A stretch of 64,000 nucleotides of DNA, taken from NCBI GenBank assembly GCA_030295235.1, contig AP026124.1, forward strand, positions 1,426,001 through 1,490,000. Direction: 5' to 3'. Shown here one piece after another: positions 60,189 to 64,000 of the stretch. Position 1 is the stretch's first letter; each line of letters begins with the position of its first letter. The DNA comes from Fistulifera solaris. Taxonomy: Eukaryota. The position numbers and the translations under genes were made by a program. The notes under the pieces are model-generated. The model ran no database searches and was not told the origin of the DNA. It saw only the letters and a program-made list of their open reading frames with translations.

Positions 60189-62941
60189 ATGACATCTACA
60201 GGTTCATCTCATTCGTACCTGTCTCCTTCCATGTCGACATCCCAGAGGCCGAAAGTGTCAGCCGTTCTCACGGGAGCGCCGCTCCTATCCGACGTCGGCG
60301 TCTTGTTGGATCAACTCGATTCAGACGCTCGCAACTCGTCTCCGTTTGATCCAGTGGCATTTTTGAATAAGAACTTTGCCAATGAAACGATTCTGACCAA
60401 TCAGCTTCCTTATTTGCGCAAGGCCGTGGGCGAACGCATGGAAACGTTAGACGACCGTATATCGACCGCCTTGCAGCGACAGTCCGAAACCGCTGTCGCT
60501 ACCCGCAAACATGTACAAGATGCGAAAGCATCCGTGGCCGCACTCGAAAAACGCATCAAACAAGTCCAAGAAAAGGCATCACAAAGCGAAAAAGCGGTCT
60601 TGGAAATTACTCGAGACATGAAGCGCCTGGATTATGCGAAGCGCCATTTGCAGCGGACGATTACTACTTTGAAACAGTTGCACATGTTAGTCCATGCCGT
60701 TGAGCAATTGCGCTTGCGCACCGCACAGCAACCATTTCCGGATTATAAGGCGGCGTCACATCTCATGGATGCGACCCGCTTGTTGCTGAGTCATTTCAGT
60801 GGGTACACGCAGAAAGTGGAACCTATGCGCATTTTGTCTCTACAAGTTCAGAGATACGAAGCACAATTGAAAGATGGGCTCGTTTATGGATTTCGAGTTG
60901 TGGCATTTGGGGCTCGGAAGGCGATGGAACTTCAAGACAAAAAGAAGTCTGGAGTCAAAAGTAAAAGTGCAGCCGCAATGGACGATGATTCAGATCATGA
61001 GGAAACGGTGGCTGTCATGACGGTTGAGGATATGCAAGGTGGAGTTTTGGTCTTTGATGCACTTGGAGATAGAACGCGGACTCAGTTCATCCGTACGTTT
61101 TGCGAAGATTATCTGGAGGATTATGTCAAAGACTTTGAACCTCCGTCGCCCGAAACAAAACCAGAAAGACGCGTTTCGAGTTTCAAAGCAGCCGAAACAA
61201 AAACGGAATCAGAAAAGTCGTTCGCTGGTCTGGATCAGCTCGAGAAGCGATATTCCTGGTTTCGCGATTTATTGGAGCAGAATCTGAATGCGAAGTTCAA
61301 GCGTGTATTTCCGGAAGATTGGAACTTGCAAGCCACTTTGGCGAGCATGTTTCTTGAGCTAGTACGTTCTTTTAGCAGTTCATTGAATGGTTTTTGTGGT
61401 AACTTGTGCTAAATCTTCTATTCACCATTATTGCAGACTCGAGATCATGTCCTTGCGTTGCTTGAGGGTCCTCGAAAAGACGCAGACGCAACCAATGCTA
61501 CTATTCTTTTAAAAGCACTCCAGAAAACAATTCTCTTTGAAAAGGACATAACGGCTTATCTTCAGCGTGAATTCCATACTGTGTTCACAGGAATCGACTC
61601 AGCAAAAGCTTCTGATGCTTATGCAATCAAGCCACTCCTAGGCATAGCCTCAGCAGCGTTTGAGCCGTACATGAGCCCTTATATCGGTTTGGAGGAGCAA
61701 AAATGGATGAACAATTGGTCGAGGCACTAGAAGATCGCACCGTAGATACCAGAGGTGAACGCCCTGTCTTTATTTCCTCTACCAATCTGTTTGTGACTAT
61801 CAAAGGCAGTATGGCTCGGTGTACTGCTTTAACGAAGGGTCATGCTTTCTTTTTGTTGTACCAAGCGTTCAAAGACTCTCTGCGCAAGTACGCTCAGATT
61901 TTAAACGGAAAGTTGCCGTCAGTGTTGCCAAGCTCCGCGGTCGTGGGCGGGTTATCGCTTCCGGGGACTTTCGGAGGCAAGCACGACCAGAATGTCGAAG
62001 CATCGTATCGTCTTCCTCCTGGGGAAGAAATCACAGTGTGTCACGTTATCAGTACCTGCGATTACTGCGCTGATACCGTAGAGGCCTTAGAAGATCTGAT
62101 TCGAGATACAATCGATGAGGAATATCAGGATAAAATTGACATGATGTCTGACCAGGAAATCTTTCATGAGACAACTGCCAAGTCTATTCGGGTTCTCGTC
62201 TCTGGTCTTTGTAACCGACTTGATGGCGCTCTCAAAAGTATGGCCGCAATGAACTGGGGAACCTGGGATGCGGTAGGAGAAGAGAGTTCCTACGTCCGCA
62301 TGATTCATGAAGAAGTCCAGCCAATGGTGTTGCAAATTCGTGGATTGCTTCCTGCATCCTACTTTCGCAGCTTTTGCGATAAGTTTGCCAGTCAGTTTAT
62401 TTCTCTTTACAGTGGCAATCTAATGCGCTTGAAGCGAATCAGCGAGCCAGGAACACAGCAAATATTGCTTGATGTGTATAGCGTTAAAACACTTCTGCTC
62501 AAGCTCCCGATCCTAGAGGATGGAAAGGGATCAAAATCGGGTGCGGCAGGGACAGCCCTCGCTCCAGCTATGTACACGAAAATGGTACAAAAACAGTTTA
62601 GCGGCATCGAGACTCTTCTGAAACTTGTCGGCACACCAAACGATCTTTTGATAGACAATTTCAAGGTTCAAACGAGCAATGGAAAGCCTATCGATCTTCA
62701 GGTTGTTATGAATTTGAAAGGATTGAAGCGTAACGAGCAAGTCAGTATGCTGGAAAAGTACGGATTAGATCCAGTAAGTGCGCTAAAATCAGTAACCTCC
62801 GGCTTGACATCGGCAACGATCGTATCGGAACGAGTTCAAGCTTTGCAGGACCAAGGATCTACTGTGGCTGCGAAGATGAATTCAGATTTGAGTCAAATGC
62901 GACAAAAAGTGGACGACTTCCGCAAATCCTTTAGGCCATAA
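60189..62941 (+). CDS. VPS53: GARP/EARP complex subunit Vps53
   Basis: FDPVAFLNKNF, KASQSEKAVLEITRDMKRLDYAKRHL..TITTLK.LHMLV, LDQLEKRYSWF, AFEPYM..YI..E, WGTWDAVGEESSYV, QQILLDVY. Intron about 61362-61436; frameshift near 61700. Confidence 0.95.
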
Positions 62942-63021
62942 ATGTTTTCGCAAGCAGATGCCTTGTAATAATTAGCATGCTTGACAATAATAGCAGGCGC
63001 AATTTATTCGCTCTCTTACGC

Positions 63022-64000
63022 TTATCCTTCCTTCTTTTCTTTGCTATTTTTAATGTATAGTCTTTTCATGCGAGACTTCTTCTTGTCGTACGAAGGAGTC
63101 GTGTCAATTTTTGTCGTTTTGGAGCTCGTTTCTTCTTGTTGTGCTTCCGTGGCAACTGTAACATCCATTCTTCCACTTGACAGCCACTTTGCTTCATAAT
63201 ATTAGCAATTGTTCTTAACTGCTCCAAGTCGGCTTCCGTGAATAACGTAATAGCCTTCCCTTTGCGGCCAGCACGACCTGTACGACCAATTCTGTGTACA
63301 TAGGTTACTCCGGACTGAGGCAAATCATAATTCAGTACAAGCTTTACAGCACTTAAATCAACACCACGCGCTACCAAATCAGTTCCAATTAAAACCCATG
63401 TGTCGCCTTTGCGGAACTTCGCCACTGCATTCTCTCTAGCCGACTTGCTGCGACCCGCGTGAATTACATCAACCCGGATGCCGTCGTAAAGTAATTCTGC
63501 AAATAACGCTTGTGCTCTCTCTTGTGACTGACAAAAGACCAGGGCGGGAAAGTCAAACTCACCGCGTTGCACAAGTTGTCGAATGGCCAGTAACTTTCCT
63601 TGTTCATTACCAACAAACATGAGCTTTTGGTCGATATCAGCGTTAGCGCCGCCGCCACCGCCAATACTAACGTCCACAGGATTACGCAAAATGGATTCAG
63701 AAAGCGCTCGCACGGTGGGCGTCACTGTCGCAGAAAAAAGGGCCCTTGTCGCAGTAGCAGGGATTTCTGACAAGATTGTATCTATTTGCGAGAGAAACGT
63801 TCGACTTTTGTCTGACCCACTATCAGAAGCATCCAGCAGTCGATCGGCCTCGTCCAGAACAACGATTCTCACAGAATCAAGCTTAAGACCTTTCTGGATG
63901 GCATCAACAATTCGCAAGGGCGTCGATATCAGGACATCTAAGCCACTTTGACCACCAACTTGACCCGACACAGCTTGTGCAGCATTCGCTTTCGCTAAAA
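63022..64000 (-). CDS. DDX52: DEAD-box RNA helicase ROK1/DDX52, C-terminal part; runs off the window end
   Basis: STPLR, LDEADRL, LFSAT, DQKLMFVGNEQGKLLAIRQL, YDGIRVDVIH, WVLIGTDLVARGVD, YVHRIGRTGRAGRKG, IANIMKQSGC.V.EWM. Confidence 0.9.

Noticed and set aside
1157..62941. Programmed ribosomal frameshifting or mass pseudogenisation of housekeeping genes
   Set aside because: Shifts go in both directions, fall mostly in homopolymers and hit essential genes; long-read error is far more parsimonious.

Overview
Gene-dense eukaryotic nuclear DNA, most likely a pennate diatom (inferred from short GT-AG introns, a DUF6824 protein, ASAF-type bipartite plastid presequences and a DUF285 surface protein). 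It holds about 30 mostly housekeeping protein genes, including NPRL2 (partial), SPT16, homogentisate solanesyltransferase, asparagine synthetase, SEC31, ISWI, an EPT/CPT phosphotransferase, ISN1, WDR83, codanin-1, CDC26, RFC3, VPS53 and ROK1/DDX52 (partial), plus two tRNA genes: Leu-CAA and intron-containing Thr-CGT. Many conserved genes carry single-base frameshifts in homopolymers, best explained as unpolished long-read errors, so gene ends are approximate. The main non-routine item lies just 3' of tRNA-Thr: a decayed, intron-containing NUMOD4/HNH-NUMOD4/HNH-AP2 homing-endonuclease-like gene bracketed by two diverged ~165-175 bp direct repeats. Other items are a CDK7-like pseudogene mosaic 3' of tRNA-Leu, two copies of an ~84 bp hairpin MITE with TA-delimited footprint-like motifs, two recurrent spaced palindromes, a duplicated C-terminal tail behind the DUF285 gene, and a small protein with SIAMESE/SMR-like motifs. 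All identifications come from manual translation and motif recognition; no database searches were run.
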